A DNA stretch of 64,000 nucleotides from Candidatus Aenigmatarchaeota archaeon (GCA_030615205.1 JAUWZS010000002.1:200082-264081), one strand, 5' to 3'; numbered from the stretch's first letter, positions 39,032 through 49,250 are shown. Numbers and translations are program-made. Notes: a model not told the origin generated them from the sequence alone.

Positions 39032-39232
39032 GTGGTAATGTCTTCAGTAAAAATTGATAAAGAGAAATGCATTGGATGTGGACTTTGTGAAAGCATGTGC
39101 CCTGAGGTTTTCGAGCTAAGGAGTGATGGAAAAGCTTATGTTAAAAATCCAAGTGGCTGCAAAAGTGAAAGCTGTAACTGTAAAGATGTTGCAGCAAGCT
39201 GCCCAGTCCAAGCTATAACGTACGAGGAATAA
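39032..39232 (+). CDS. Ferredoxin
   Basis: CIGCGLCESMCP ... CPVQAI. Confidence 0.92.
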   Translation: MVMSSVKIDKEKCIGCGLCESMCPEVFELRSDGKAYVKNPSGCKSESCNCKDVAASCPVQAITYEE

Positions 39233-39253
39233 ACGGCGCGAAGAATAAAACGT

Positions 39254-39976
39254 TTATAATTTGATTTTCCTTTTTTCGCCAGTTAGTTCGATTATCCTTG
39301 CCATTGCTGCAGACTTTTTAACAGTTATAACATCGCCGTTCCTCAGAGGTATCATTGTCGTATTGTTGTCAGCGCACATCAAAGCTGGGCCCCTGTTCAA
39401 TTTTATTTTCACTTTTGCACTTTCAGAAGCAAAGCGGTATTTTATCTTTTTATTGACATTGTTGAAAGCCACACCAATGCCTTTGGAGAACCGTCGGCCG
39501 GTTATAGTTCTAAAGTATGCCGAACTGCCATAAGGTGTAGCAACTATTACACCATCGCCTATCAAATCCGCTGCGATCAATTTGTCGTTGATCGACACGT
39601 CGAACCTTATAGCTTTTGTTGGAACAGCATGTGCAATATTTATTTCATTCAATCCGACAAGCCGTTTCTCTTTGTCTCCGTTAACAACACCTTCAACCTT
39701 TATCTCTTTAACAATCTTATATCGCTTGTTTTTCAATTTGTGAAAGATTTTTGAGAAATCATGAGCTTTACCAACAGCGCATCTTTCGCAGACTTTGCTA
39801 TGTTTTATTGTCAGTCTGGGCACACCTGGATAAAGCTGCTCAGTCATAAGTGCAGAGCCGTCCCCGCCGAACGAGACAACTACATCTGGTTCAAATCTAT
39901 TAATAACAAAGCCACTTTTACGTAATTCCCTTTCTACAATACCTTTATCAAAGCCGACAACAGCTATTTTCTCCAT
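39254..39976 (-). CDS. nadK: NAD kinase
   Basis: GGDGS, LNE and GDGVIVATPYGSSAY motifs. Confidence 0.88.
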   Translation of the reverse strand: MEKIAVVGFDKGIVERELRKSGFVINRFEPDVVVSFGGDGSALMTEQLYPGVPRLTIKHSKVCERCAVGKAHDFSKIFHKLKNKRYKIVKEIKVEGVVNGDKEKRLVGLNEINIAHAVPTKAIRFDVSINDKLIAADLIGDGVIVATPYGSSAYFRTITGRRFSKGIGVAFNNVNKKIKYRFASESAKVKIKLNRGPALMCADNNTTMIPLRNGDVITVKKSAAMARIIELTGEKRKIKL

Positions 39977-40007
39977 GATTAGTAATTCTGGATTTTAAGA
40001 TTTAACT

Positions 40008-40493
40008 TTATTGGATTTTTGTGATTCGCAACTCATGCTTTAACAATTCATTGCCATCTTCGCTGAAAAAGAATTCGCCGTTAAAGCGTTTGCCTTCGAG
40101 CAACAACGGGACCCAGTGGGCATCGTCCTGCCACATTTTGTCAAATGGTAAAGTATCCAAACTGAACCATTCGAGTTTGCCGTCGCTTTCGCTTTCTTTC
40201 AATTCGCCAGTGAATTTATTGGTTGAGAATATATGAGTGACCCAAGTTTTCTCGCCATAAAAGAATCTTAATTTTCCGTGATATATCAGTTCCTCGAGTG
40301 CAAGCCCAGTTTCCTCTAGAACCTCACGCTTCACACATTCAAGCGGAGTCTCGCCATGCTCAACTTTGCCGCCAACAGCATTCCATTTACCTTCGCTTAT
40401 TCCCCTTTTTGCCAATTGCAGTAAGGCTTTTCCATTTTTAAAAATCCAGCAGAGCGTTCCTTCTATAACATTTTTTTCAGAGCCTTCTGCCAA
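40008..40493 (-). CDS. Nudix hydrolase (8-oxo-dGTPase/MTH1-like)
   Basis: Nudix box GGKVEHGETPLECVKREVLEETG; MWQDD. Confidence 0.9.
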   Translation of the reverse strand: MAEGSEKNVIEGTLCWIFKNGKALLQLAKRGISEGKWNAVGGKVEHGETPLECVKREVLEETGLALEELIYHGKLRFFYGEKTWVTHIFSTNKFTGELKESESDGKLEWFSLDTLPFDKMWQDDAHWVPLLLEGKRFNGEFFFSEDGNELLKHELRITKIQ

Positions 40494-40518
40494 TTAAATT
40501 CACCATTTATTCATCAGT

Positions 40519-41625
40519 TTATTTTTTCATCGCTTTTTTCACGCGGTCTTTTGCAATCTCCATCGCAGCATCACGCGGACAAATGTTTTTTTCTTTTGCT
40601 TTTTCTAAAACAAGTTTCGTATTTCTCTTTATTCGCTCCTCTACTTCCTTGAACATCTGCTCTGGTTTGCCGCCGATATACTCCACATAAGATGATATAA
40701 CACCGCCTGCATTCGCCACGAAGTCTGGCACGACCAGCACGCCTTTTTTATGCAGCACTTTTTCGATATCATGCGGAATCGGAATATTAGCGCCTTGAGA
40801 TATTATCTTTGCTTTGACTTTATCCACATTTTTTTCTGTAATCACATCAGGAAGAGCTGCTGGTATTAGCACATCAACTGCAAGTTCGAATATTTTTTCA
40901 TTTGGCAGCACCTCGCCTGGTTTATAATTTTTTACTGCACGTGTTTCATCCTTTACTTTGCGTAATTTTTTAAAGTCGAGGCCGTCTTTGTTATATATCA
41001 CACCTTTGCTGTCACTGACTGCCACGATTTTTGCACCTGCTTCTGAAAGATATTTTGCAACAAAACTCCCAACATTTCCAAAGCCCTCAACAGCGACTGT
41101 GGCGCCTTTTACATCAATCCCAACATGCTCAAGCGCTGCGAGCGTAGCATGATAAACACCGAACCCAGTAGAACCCAGCTCGTGCGGAATCCCTCCCATG
41201 TCAGCCGGCTTACCTGTACATGCTTTCATCGAACCATTGGCTTCAGCAAACCATTTCATCTCTTCTTCTGACATGTTCATATCAGGAGCGGCAACGTACA
41301 TGCTCGGGCACACTGGCTTTAACGCTCGTGCGAAAGCTTCGACAATCGCTTTTTTTTGTTCTTTTGAGATAACTTTATCATCAGCGATTATCCCGGACTT
41401 TGCTCCGCCGAACGGCAATTCTGCTAAAGCGCATTTCCATGTCATTGCGCGTGCGAGGCGGAAAACTTCTTTTACTGTGACTGTTGGTGTCATGCGGATT
41501 CCGCCTTTGCCTGGTCCGAGTGTTATATTGTCAATCACTACAAACCCACGCATTTTAGTTTTTGAATCATAAACATCCAAAATTTTTTTAGGCCCGAATT
41601 CATCATGTTTTATATCATCTTTCAT
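40519..41625 (-). CDS. gdhA: Glu/Leu/Phe/Val dehydrogenase
   Basis: GPGKGGIR, GGAKSG, APD, GFGNVG and PDFVANAGGV motifs. Confidence 0.9.
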   Translation of the reverse strand: MKDDIKHDEFGPKKILDVYDSKTKMRGFVVIDNITLGPGKGGIRMTPTVTVKEVFRLARAMTWKCALAELPFGGAKSGIIADDKVISKEQKKAIVEAFARALKPVCPSMYVAAPDMNMSEEEMKWFAEANGSMKACTGKPADMGGIPHELGSTGFGVYHATLAALEHVGIDVKGATVAVEGFGNVGSFVAKYLSEAGAKIVAVSDSKGVIYNKDGLDFKKLRKVKDETRAVKNYKPGEVLPNEKIFELAVDVLIPAALPDVITEKNVDKVKAKIISQGANIPIPHDIEKVLHKKGVLVVPDFVANAGGVISSYVEYIGGKPEQMFKEVEERIKRNTKLVLEKAKEKNICPRDAAMEIAKDRVKKAMKK

Positions 41626-41641
41626 AAAATCGCTAAAGTTT

Positions 41642-42925
41642 TCATTTTTGTTTGTGCCCGTTCTTGTGCGTATGCTTTGACCAGTCAGTTACATATTTGT
41701 TTTCAAAGCCATGTATGTAATTGTATGCTGCCAGTGCAGCTTTAGAACCTTCTCCTGCTGCAACAATTATCTGTTTGAATGCTGTATCTGTGACATCGCC
41801 AGCTGCAAAAATGCCCAGATGCGATGTTTCTGTGTTTTTATTTGTTTTTATCTGCCTGACTCCGTCCAGCTCTACTAAATGTTTGACAAAGTCCGTAGCC
41901 ACTTCTGAGCCAATCTCGACAAAGACACCGCCAACATCCAATTCTTTGCTCTCCCCGGTTTCTTTATTTTTAACAACAATCGATCTGACAAATTCATCGC
42001 CTTTTATTTGCTCTACAACAGAATCCAGAACAAACTCTATGTTGGCAGTGCTCTTTGCTTCTTCCAACACAGCTTCAAAAGCCCTGAAGCCTTTACGCCT
42101 ATGGATAAGATAAACTTTTTTCGCAATTTTGCTCAACAACAGCGCAGCTTCAAAAGCAGAATTACCGCCACCAACAACAGCCACTGTTTTTTCCCTGAAC
42201 AACGGAGCATCACAAGTTGCACAATAACTCACACCTTTCCCAATGAATTCACTTTCGCCTGGTACGTCCAAACTCCGCGGAGTTTTGCCGATTGCGATTA
42301 TAACAGTCCTGCTTTTATACGCCATGTCACCAGCTTTAACAACAAACATTTTTTTTCCATCACTGTCAATCTCTTCCACAGCTTCAACCTCTTTAATCAA
42401 AATTTCTGCACCAAAGTTTTTCGCCTGTTTTGCAAAAATCCTCACAAGATCAGGGCCTTGTATTTTTTCGATCCCTGAATAATTTTCGATCGATAAAGTC
42501 TTGGCAATCTGGCCGCCAATGTCTTTTGCCAGAACAAGCGTTTTCATCTCCCTTCTGGCTGCATAAAGCGCGGCTGTCAGACCTGCAGCAGAACCGCCGA
42601 TAATTATAACATCATATATTTTTTTTGTTGCTTCTGTTTTCTCTGTTGTTTCTATTTTTTCTGCTTCAGTTTCGCCAGCGCTTTTTTCTTCGCCTTTGCG
42701 TTTCATAACTTCTTCTATTCTTGGAACATCAAAACCGATTATTATTTCTCCGTCAATGTCAATGACCGGCACACCCATCTGTCCGGATTCCTCAATCATC
42801 TCTGTAGCAGCCACGCGATCCTCAGAAACATCTATGTCTTCAAACTCTATTCCTTTGCCCTTGAAATAATCCTTTGCCATGTGACAATATGGACATGCAC
42901 TTGTGCTATAAATTTTAATCTTCAT
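41642..42925 (-). CDS. trxB: Glutaredoxin-thioredoxin reductase fusion
   Basis: N-terminal CPYC glutaredoxin domain; GVSYCATCD, GGGNSA and AAGD motifs. Confidence 0.92.
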   Translation of the reverse strand: MKIKIYSTSACPYCHMAKDYFKGKGIEFEDIDVSEDRVAATEMIEESGQMGVPVIDIDGEIIIGFDVPRIEEVMKRKGEEKSAGETEAEKIETTEKTEATKKIYDVIIIGGSAAGLTAALYAARREMKTLVLAKDIGGQIAKTLSIENYSGIEKIQGPDLVRIFAKQAKNFGAEILIKEVEAVEEIDSDGKKMFVVKAGDMAYKSRTVIIAIGKTPRSLDVPGESEFIGKGVSYCATCDAPLFREKTVAVVGGGNSAFEAALLLSKIAKKVYLIHRRKGFRAFEAVLEEAKSTANIEFVLDSVVEQIKGDEFVRSIVVKNKETGESKELDVGGVFVEIGSEVATDFVKHLVELDGVRQIKTNKNTETSHLGIFAAGDVTDTAFKQIIVAAGEGSKAALAAYNYIHGFENKYVTDWSKHTHKNGHKQK

Positions 42926-43016
42926 TATTCTATCACAGTTAAACCTAATGAGACTCTAAAAAGTTATTGAATATTGTATTATTTGTAATTTATTTTTAAT
43001 GCTGTGCTGCCTTGCA

Positions 43017-43388
43017 TTATTCCATGGGACAGCCAGATCGAAGAGCAAGTGATTCAAGTGAGCGCTCGCCAGAATATAGGGTTCCGCCGATTTTCCAAGT
43101 CGGATATCCTCTTATGCCTTCGCTATTGCAAAGACTAGGATTATCTGGACATTCTACATAATTAATATATTGAAATGAAGACCCAAACATATTTTTCTGA
43201 TTTTTACAATGAGAGCACCATTCTGCACCATACATCACAGCGCCTTTCTCAGTCAGGCATTTCGCAAAATCATCATATTTTCCATCCGCTGTGGCCTGAC
43301 CAGTAAGAGAGACACCAAGAAAATAGATAGCCACTATTGCAATTGCTACAATGCCGATAACCGCTAAATGTTTTGATTTGATTTTCAT
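43017..43388 (-). CDS. Membrane-anchored thioredoxin-fold protein
   Basis: YGAEWCSHC, YVEC and GYPTW motifs. Confidence 0.85.
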   Translation of the reverse strand: MKIKSKHLAVIGIVAIAIVAIYFLGVSLTGQATADGKYDDFAKCLTEKGAVMYGAEWCSHCKNQKNMFGSSFQYINYVECPDNPSLCNSEGIRGYPTWKIGGTLYSGERSLESLALRSGCPME

Positions 43389-43442
43389 TTTTAGAACTCC
43401 GCTTTTACTATATTTAAATTTAACTAATCTAACTAAGCTGCT

Positions 43443-43898
43443 CTAACCACAGACTTCTCGCTGGCAACTGCAATCGCCCTCGCATGCAGCGTACTCTGGG
43501 CTTTGACATGTTTCAACATCGCATACGCAAAGACCTTCACATCCGCAAGCTGGAGCGCCTATATCAAACAGACAATTTTCGCTATATGGGTCGCACGTGC
43601 CATAGACGAAAAGATTGTACAAACCATATGCAGAATAGATCATGCTGGCAAAAAGCACTATAGTGAAAATCCATGATAGCAGCTCGAAACGCTTGTAAAC
43701 AAATCTTGCTGCACGCGGACTTCTTCTGAGCAGTTTGGAAGTGAGCTTGGATTTTATTCTGTTGTCCAAGCCTGTTTCGCAGGCTTTGAGTTGCAAACGC
43801 TGAAAAACGCAACGAAAAGCTTCTTTGGCAATAACGCGATAACGGGCTGAAAATATACCAAGAATACCAAACGTAATCAGTGCAATTATGCAAATCAT
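43443..43898 (-). CDS. Membrane protein with Cys-rich C-terminus
   Basis: Two TM helices and a Cys-rich tail, within the redox gene cluster. Confidence 0.7.
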   Translation of the reverse strand: MICIIALITFGILGIFSARYRVIAKEAFRCVFQRLQLKACETGLDNRIKSKLTSKLLRRSPRAARFVYKRFELLSWIFTIVLFASMIYSAYGLYNLFVYGTCDPYSENCLFDIGAPACGCEGLCVCDVETCQSPEYAACEGDCSCQREVCG

Positions 43899-43919
43899 TC
43901 AATCACTCAAAATAACAGA

Positions 43920-44681
43920 TTAACCACAACCGCCCGTTGAGGACGGATTGCCTTGTTCCACTTCTGCTCCGGATGGAATTTCGCAACTTGTGGCATCTGA
44001 GAATGCTTTAAATGTTATTTGTCCTTGATACCTTTTTCCATTTATAATTATAGTTGGGTAGCCTGTGACGCCTGCGTTATCACATTCTTCTTTTTGTTCC
44101 GTACATTCTACGTATATTGGTTCAACCATGTCAAACCCACCCAACATTGTCACCAGCTTTTTAGTCCACCCGCACCAATTTGCTCCGTATATCTCGAAGC
44201 CAGAATCTTTAAGACAATCTATAAATTCTCTGAGGTCTTCTTCGTCTATATTCAATTCCTGTGGCTGCGTTGTAGTAGTTGTAGTTACAGGTATAGAAGT
44301 ATCGAATACACCACCACCTTGCCCAGTAATTAGTAAATGTTTACCATCTTTCGTGATATACACATCTATTTCAGTACCTCGATAAGAAGTTATAACTTTG
44401 TAAATTCCACTCATTTCTTCTGCAGAGACAAAAGTAAACTCTCCAGTTTGTATTAAATTATTGTTTATGTATTCTACTGCTTTATCTCCAGCCTGCTGTG
44501 CAGTCAACCCGCCAGTAGCCGTTACTTGCCCTGTTACTCCAAGCCCGAACAGCCCAGGCTGTACAATTAACACCAAACATACTACAAGAAGTATAACAGT
44601 GACTATTATCCAAGGATTTATTTTAGGCATACTAGGTAATCGTACTGTTATTTTTTTTCCTTCTGTATTCTCATCAGCCAT
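43920..44681 (-). CDS. Membrane-anchored thioredoxin-fold (DsbA/DsbC-like) protein with CxxT site
   Basis: YGANWCGWT, YVEC and GYPT motifs; likely start MADENTE at 44681. Confidence 0.75.
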   Translation of the reverse strand: MADENTEGKKITVRLPSMPKINPWIIVTVILLVVCLVLIVQPGLFGLGVTGQVTATGGLTAQQAGDKAVEYINNNLIQTGEFTFVSAEEMSGIYKVITSYRGTEIDVYITKDGKHLLITGQGGGVFDTSIPVTTTTTTQPQELNIDEEDLREFIDCLKDSGFEIYGANWCGWTKKLVTMLGGFDMVEPIYVECTEQKEECDNAGVTGYPTIIINGKRYQGQITFKAFSDATSCEIPSGAEVEQGNPSSTGGCG

Positions 44682-44836
44682 GAAACCACTATGTCCACAT
44701 ACAAATTCAGTTTTTATTACTTCTAAGATGTTTAGCAAATCTTATAAAGCTTTAGTTTTGCAGTATAATTTTCTGTTCATTATGAAATCTAAGAACAAAA
44801 AATCTATCTGATTCTTAGATTTGAATCGAATAAAGA

Positions 44837-45124
44837 TTATACTATGGTTATTCTGAAACTAGTTTTAAATTCAGTGATTTTTTCCTCACTCAGTAAATAA
44901 AACGGGCATATGTTAGGATTCGTTGAAAACTCTGTGCATCTCATTTCTGTTAAAACTTTAGCAAGTCCAGGTTGTTCTTTAAATAATTCTTTATAATTAG
45001 GTTCTATAGCATTTTTATAGCATTCTAATTCATGCGGACAAGTTCTTCTACGTAAATATGAATTATGGATTTTTTCTCCAAATGCTTGAAGTAACTCTCT
45101 TTGAAGTTTGTTCATAAAAAACAT
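44837..45124 (-). CDS. Hypothetical protein with Cys motifs
   Basis: 95-aa ORF with CPHELEC...C...CPFY. Confidence 0.6.
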   Translation of the reverse strand: MFFMNKLQRELLQAFGEKIHNSYLRRRTCPHELECYKNAIEPNYKELFKEQPGLAKVLTEMRCTEFSTNPNICPFYLLSEEKITEFKTSFRITIV

Positions 45125-45226
45125 AATATAGTTAGATTTTTAAACTTTCTCTTCCAAGAACAAAAAATCTATCTGATTCTTGAGTTATTTAGAAGGTTAT
45201 AAAAATACTAAATCTTTATTAAAGAT

Positions 45227-46256
45227 TATGGCAAAGAACTTTCCTTTCCAAGTTTTAAGGGTTAGTGGTTCAAACTACGATATCGGGTTTCAGATCGGCA
45301 GTAAGTTTAAGGATAAAATAAAGGATGCGTTGAGTCAAAGCAACAAACTCAAATTCTTGAGAAAGGAGGATGAATCTAACCCAAAAAAATTTAACCAATT
45401 AGAGACGATCGGACAAAAACATTTTCCTCAGTACATAGAGGAAATCAAAGGAATCGCTGAAGGCTCTGGTCTTGAGTACAGGGATATCGCTCTTATGAAT
45501 TTCAAGTACGAGTACCCAGAAGGTTGTACAAGTATAATATTCAAGACAAAAAACAGAATGCTATTAGGACATAATGAAGATGGTGCAAAAGAGAACCTAG
45601 AAAATTCCTTTCTTGTAATTGCTAACCCCAAATCAGGAATTCCATTCTTTTCATTCTGCTATCCTGGCTTATTGCCTGGTGCATTTTCATTCAATTCTAA
45701 AGGTCTAGTCCAGACTGGTAATTGGATGCCAACACCAGACATAAGAATTGGGATACCAAGGCATTTAATCGACAGACATGTAGTCGAAGCTGAGAATGTT
45801 GATGATGCATTGAAAAGAGCATTACTGGATGGGAGAGCATCTGGTTTCAGCTATAACATTGCTTCGATCGAAGGGAGAGCTGTGAACTTGGAAACCACAT
45901 CCCAAAAACATCACGTAACGGAAATCACGGATAAATACATTCATACGAATCATTATGTTTCCACTGGATTGAGAGATATTCAAGAGAAAATATACAAATC
46001 CACTCAAATAAGATATGAACAAGGACTCAAGATGTTAAAGGGTAGAACGACTAAATCTCCTAACGATGTTTTAGAAATGCTATCATCGAGAGAAAATGTA
46101 CCTTATAGTATCTTTTCTCAAGGAGGTGGTGATTGTGCTTACACACTTTGCACTGCTTTATTCGAAATTTCTAATGATGGAGTTATCCTGAGATTGTATC
46201 CACCCAAACCAGAGAAGGATGAGTGCATGAAATTTTCTTTAAACGACTTAAAATAA
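45227..46256 (+). CDS. C45 family peptidase / acyl-CoA:6-APA acyltransferase-like Ntn hydrolase
   Basis: EEIKGIAEG, autocleavage site G-CTS, GHNED and HTNHY; the ATG at 45227 is the preferred start. Confidence 0.88.
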
Positions 46257-46286
46257 ATTATCTGATTCGGGTTGTTATAATATCTC

Positions 46287-46754
46287 TCAAGACGTTAATT
46301 GTTGTAACTTTTTCATGAGTTTAATCGACTCTCTTTTTCCTTTAGGATATAGATTGCGAATTGTGTATTTTTCTCTTTTTAAAAGAACATTGTTATTGGG
46401 TAACTTACTTGCTCTGTAAAGCAATAATCTTGAAGGTGTACCTATAGCAATAAATCTAACTCCTTCTACCTTAACCATTTCATAATATTGTCTCAAATCT
46501 CCTTTTGAAGGTCTCTCTAAAGGGTGAGTATGGTATGAAACTACTTCATATTCTGAAGAAACGCTACTCACAGCATTAAGAATTTTTAAGTCTCTTTCAG
46601 AAACTACATGTATGTTACCTCTTTCTGTTATCAATTTAGAAATTATCACAAAATCTGGATCATATTCTAAACCAAACAAGTAGCCAACTTCTTCTATACC
46701 ATCGTATCTTAGACTTTGCTCTATTTTTTCTGGTATGAAAAACATTTTTATCAA
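46287..46754 (-). CDS. JAB/MPN+ domain metalloprotease-like protein
   Basis: EEVGYLFG ... YHTHP..RPSKGD matches the JAMM motif. Confidence 0.75.
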   Translation of the reverse strand: MIKMFFIPEKIEQSLRYDGIEEVGYLFGLEYDPDFVIISKLITERGNIHVVSERDLKILNAVSSVSSEYEVVSYHTHPLERPSKGDLRQYYEMVKVEGVRFIAIGTPSRLLLYRASKLPNNNVLLKREKYTIRNLYPKGKRESIKLMKKLQQLTS

Positions 46755-46888
46755 TTAAATCGTCTAATACTTAAACTTTTAACTCTTTCCTCGAGAACAA
46801 AAAGTCTATCTGAATCGGGATTATCCTTTAGCACATAAAATGTTTTCTAATTGGTTTAAATATTCCAATAAAGTTTGAGGTGGTGCAT

Positions 46889-47230
46889 TTAAACTATTAA
46901 CTTGCACTGAAGGTTTTCCATGACGGTACTCATTGAACCAAGGTACGTCTGTCCAGCAAATTGTTTTTTTCCTATTGATTTATTGAATTTTTCTGTCAAC
47001 TCATCAATTTGTTTACTAACTTCTTTAGAAATGGGACCACTTTCATACGTTAGACTAACTGTCCAAGGTACTCCATCTTTACGATCAATTTTTGCATATA
47101 TCTTAGTTCGTATTCCTCTTGTTTCGTAAACTCTACTCATTTCGATTTGATGTCTGCCAATTACAGCATGCCCTTCCCTTGCTAATTGTTCTATCATTAA
47201 AGGTGTATAATTTTCTTTCAAAAAATCCAT
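46889..47230 (-). CDS. Hypothetical protein
   Basis: ORF with likely start MDFLKEN. Confidence 0.6.
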   Translation of the reverse strand: MDFLKENYTPLMIEQLAREGHAVIGRHQIEMSRVYETRGIRTKIYAKIDRKDGVPWTVSLTYESGPISKEVSKQIDELTEKFNKSIGKKQFAGQTYLGSMSTVMENLQCKLIV

Positions 47231-47382
47231 TTTAATCACAAAAAATAAATGGAGCGTCAAACTTAAATTCCTTTCGTTATTTTTGGCGAGCCCAAAGTGA
47301 ACCCAGAAAAAAATCTATCTATAAAACTTATGTTTTCGACTAGGCATGAACATTAATCAAGAAGTGAAGTATTTTATATGAG

Positions 47383-48603
47383 TTATGCGAGCTGTGAAAT
47401 TTCTTTTAATTTTTCAATGAACAGTTCAGCCTCTTTTTGTGTGTTATAAAGATAAAGCGATGCACGTACAGATCCGCGGATTGCATGTGCGTTGAACCAT
47501 GAATGCATGCAGTGCGCGCCAGAACGGACCATTATATTAGCAACATCATCAAGCATTATTGCTATGTCATGCGGAAACATCCCCTTTATGTTGAATGATA
47601 TTATGCCACTGCGCAATTTTGGATCAGCCGGTCCGATTATTGACATGCCTTTTATATCCTTTATTCCGTTTGTTATAATTTCATTGAGCTTCGTGTCATG
47701 CTTTTCCACTTTATCCAATCCGATTTTTTCCAGATATTCAGCTGCAGCAGCAAGTCCCATCGCGCTCGCATAGTTTTGCAGTCCAGCCTCGAATTTTTCA
47801 GGCGGAGGCAGTTCAGTATGTTCGTCGTATGTTGTATCTTTTACAGTATCCCCACCGACCATGAACGATCCCAGTTTTTCCAGCACGTCGTATCGCCCGT
47901 AAAGCGCACCAATGCCGCTCGGTCCCAGCATCTTATGCCCAGAAAACGCAAGAAAATCTATACCAAGCTTACGAACATCGACTTTTTTATGCGGCACGCT
48001 TTGCGCACCATCCACAAGCACAACTGCGCCTGCATTATGGGCGATTTCAATAACTTCTTTTATTGGAATAGTGTAGCCGTCCAAGTTTGATGTATGCACG
48101 ATCGCCACAAGTTTCAGCTTGTCCCCAGCAGTTTTCACTTTACACTCAAATTCAGCCAAATCAAATGTCATATCCGGCGCAGAAAAAACAATCTCATGCT
48201 TCACGCCTTTCCGCTTAGCCGCCAATTGCCAAGGCAACAAGTTTGAATTGTGCTCCCGGTCGCTTGTTATAACAACATCACCGGATTTAAAATCAAAAGT
48301 ATTCGCGACAAGGTTTATCCCTTCAGTAGTATTTCGCGTGAAAACAATTTCCTTTTTTTCTTTTGCGCCAATAAACTTTGCTATCCTATTTCTCGCAGCT
48401 TCATAATGCTCACTCACCATTTCGCCGAATTTGTGTATGCTTCTTCCAGCACATCCTGGATATTTGAAATAATATTCGTTCATTGCCTCAACGACACGCG
48501 CAGGCCGCAGGCTCATACATGCATTATCTAAATATACGATCGGTTTTCCCTTCAGCTTTTCCTTCAGCACAGGAAAATCCCCACGAATCTTTTCTACGTC
48601 CAT
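47383..48603 (-). CDS. sufS: Cysteine desulfurase, SufS type
   Basis: YLDNA, REHNSN, DGAQS, SGHKMLGP and RSGAHC motifs. Confidence 0.94.
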   Translation of the reverse strand: MDVEKIRGDFPVLKEKLKGKPIVYLDNACMSLRPARVVEAMNEYYFKYPGCAGRSIHKFGEMVSEHYEAARNRIAKFIGAKEKKEIVFTRNTTEGINLVANTFDFKSGDVVITSDREHNSNLLPWQLAAKRKGVKHEIVFSAPDMTFDLAEFECKVKTAGDKLKLVAIVHTSNLDGYTIPIKEVIEIAHNAGAVVLVDGAQSVPHKKVDVRKLGIDFLAFSGHKMLGPSGIGALYGRYDVLEKLGSFMVGGDTVKDTTYDEHTELPPPEKFEAGLQNYASAMGLAAAAEYLEKIGLDKVEKHDTKLNEIITNGIKDIKGMSIIGPADPKLRSGIISFNIKGMFPHDIAIMLDDVANIMVRSGAHCMHSWFNAHAIRGSVRASLYLYNTQKEAELFIEKLKEISQLA

Positions 48604-48636
48604 TTCATCGCATCTTTGTTATTTTGTTATTAATTT

Positions 48637-48658
48637 TATAACAGTGTTATAATTTAAA
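48637..48658. promoter_or_regulatory. Palindromic operator TATAACAGTGTTATA next to the sufS TATA box
   Basis: Identical to 31595-31616. Confidence 0.8.
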
Positions 48659-48721
48659 GCTTTTTCTATATTGGCAACAACCCCCAAAAATAAGCAGTTT
48701 TTTTAATTCATCAAAACATTT

Positions 48722-49132
48722 CTAACTTCTTTTTAACGATTGACTCGCATTTAATTCTTCTATCATCTTAAAATAGTCAGACCCGTTGCAGAATGAATAT
48801 CTAACTCTATCTCTTGCAGAAACTCTATCTGTATGGGCAACAATATCATTAAAACCTGGCGTATATGGTTCCCTATCTGAGTGATTAGGAAGGGCGTGAA
48901 CCATAGCTAAGTTTTCAGATTTCCTGAAATCTTTAACAAGTTCAATAAATTCTTTTACATCAAACTTCTTGCCTAGTATCTTTCTTATGGACTCGATTGT
49001 TTCTTCATCAGTAGTCGCATACGGTGAGGCCATAAGAGGAAATTTATCATCTAGCAACCATGCTTGAATAAAGAATAAAGTACTGTCATCTGGATATTCG
49101 AAAACACATCCGAATGCATCTTCTTTTTGCAT
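48722..49132 (-). CDS. Hypothetical protein
   Basis: 136-aa ORF; no motif recognised. Confidence 0.6.
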   Translation of the reverse strand: MQKEDAFGCVFEYPDDSTLFFIQAWLLDDKFPLMASPYATTDEETIESIRKILGKKFDVKEFIELVKDFRKSENLAMVHALPNHSDREPYTPGFNDIVAHTDRVSARDRVRYSFCNGSDYFKMIEELNASQSLKRS

Positions 49133-49250
49133 GAGATATATTTAAAATTAAAAATTTAAATAAGGGTTTTGTTTAAATAGAGGAGATGCAGGAGTTGGGG
49201 GTTGAGCCGAGGTTTTATGATTATTCGTTTAGTAATGGAAACGGTTTCAG

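Larger units (their letters stand above)
44785..47320. repeat. Dispersed array of the GAACAAAAAATCTATCTGATTC motif (44793, 45158, 46259 partial, 46795, 47306 partial)
   Basis: One copy lies in each intergenic gap, and all are in the same orientation. Confidence 0.8.
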
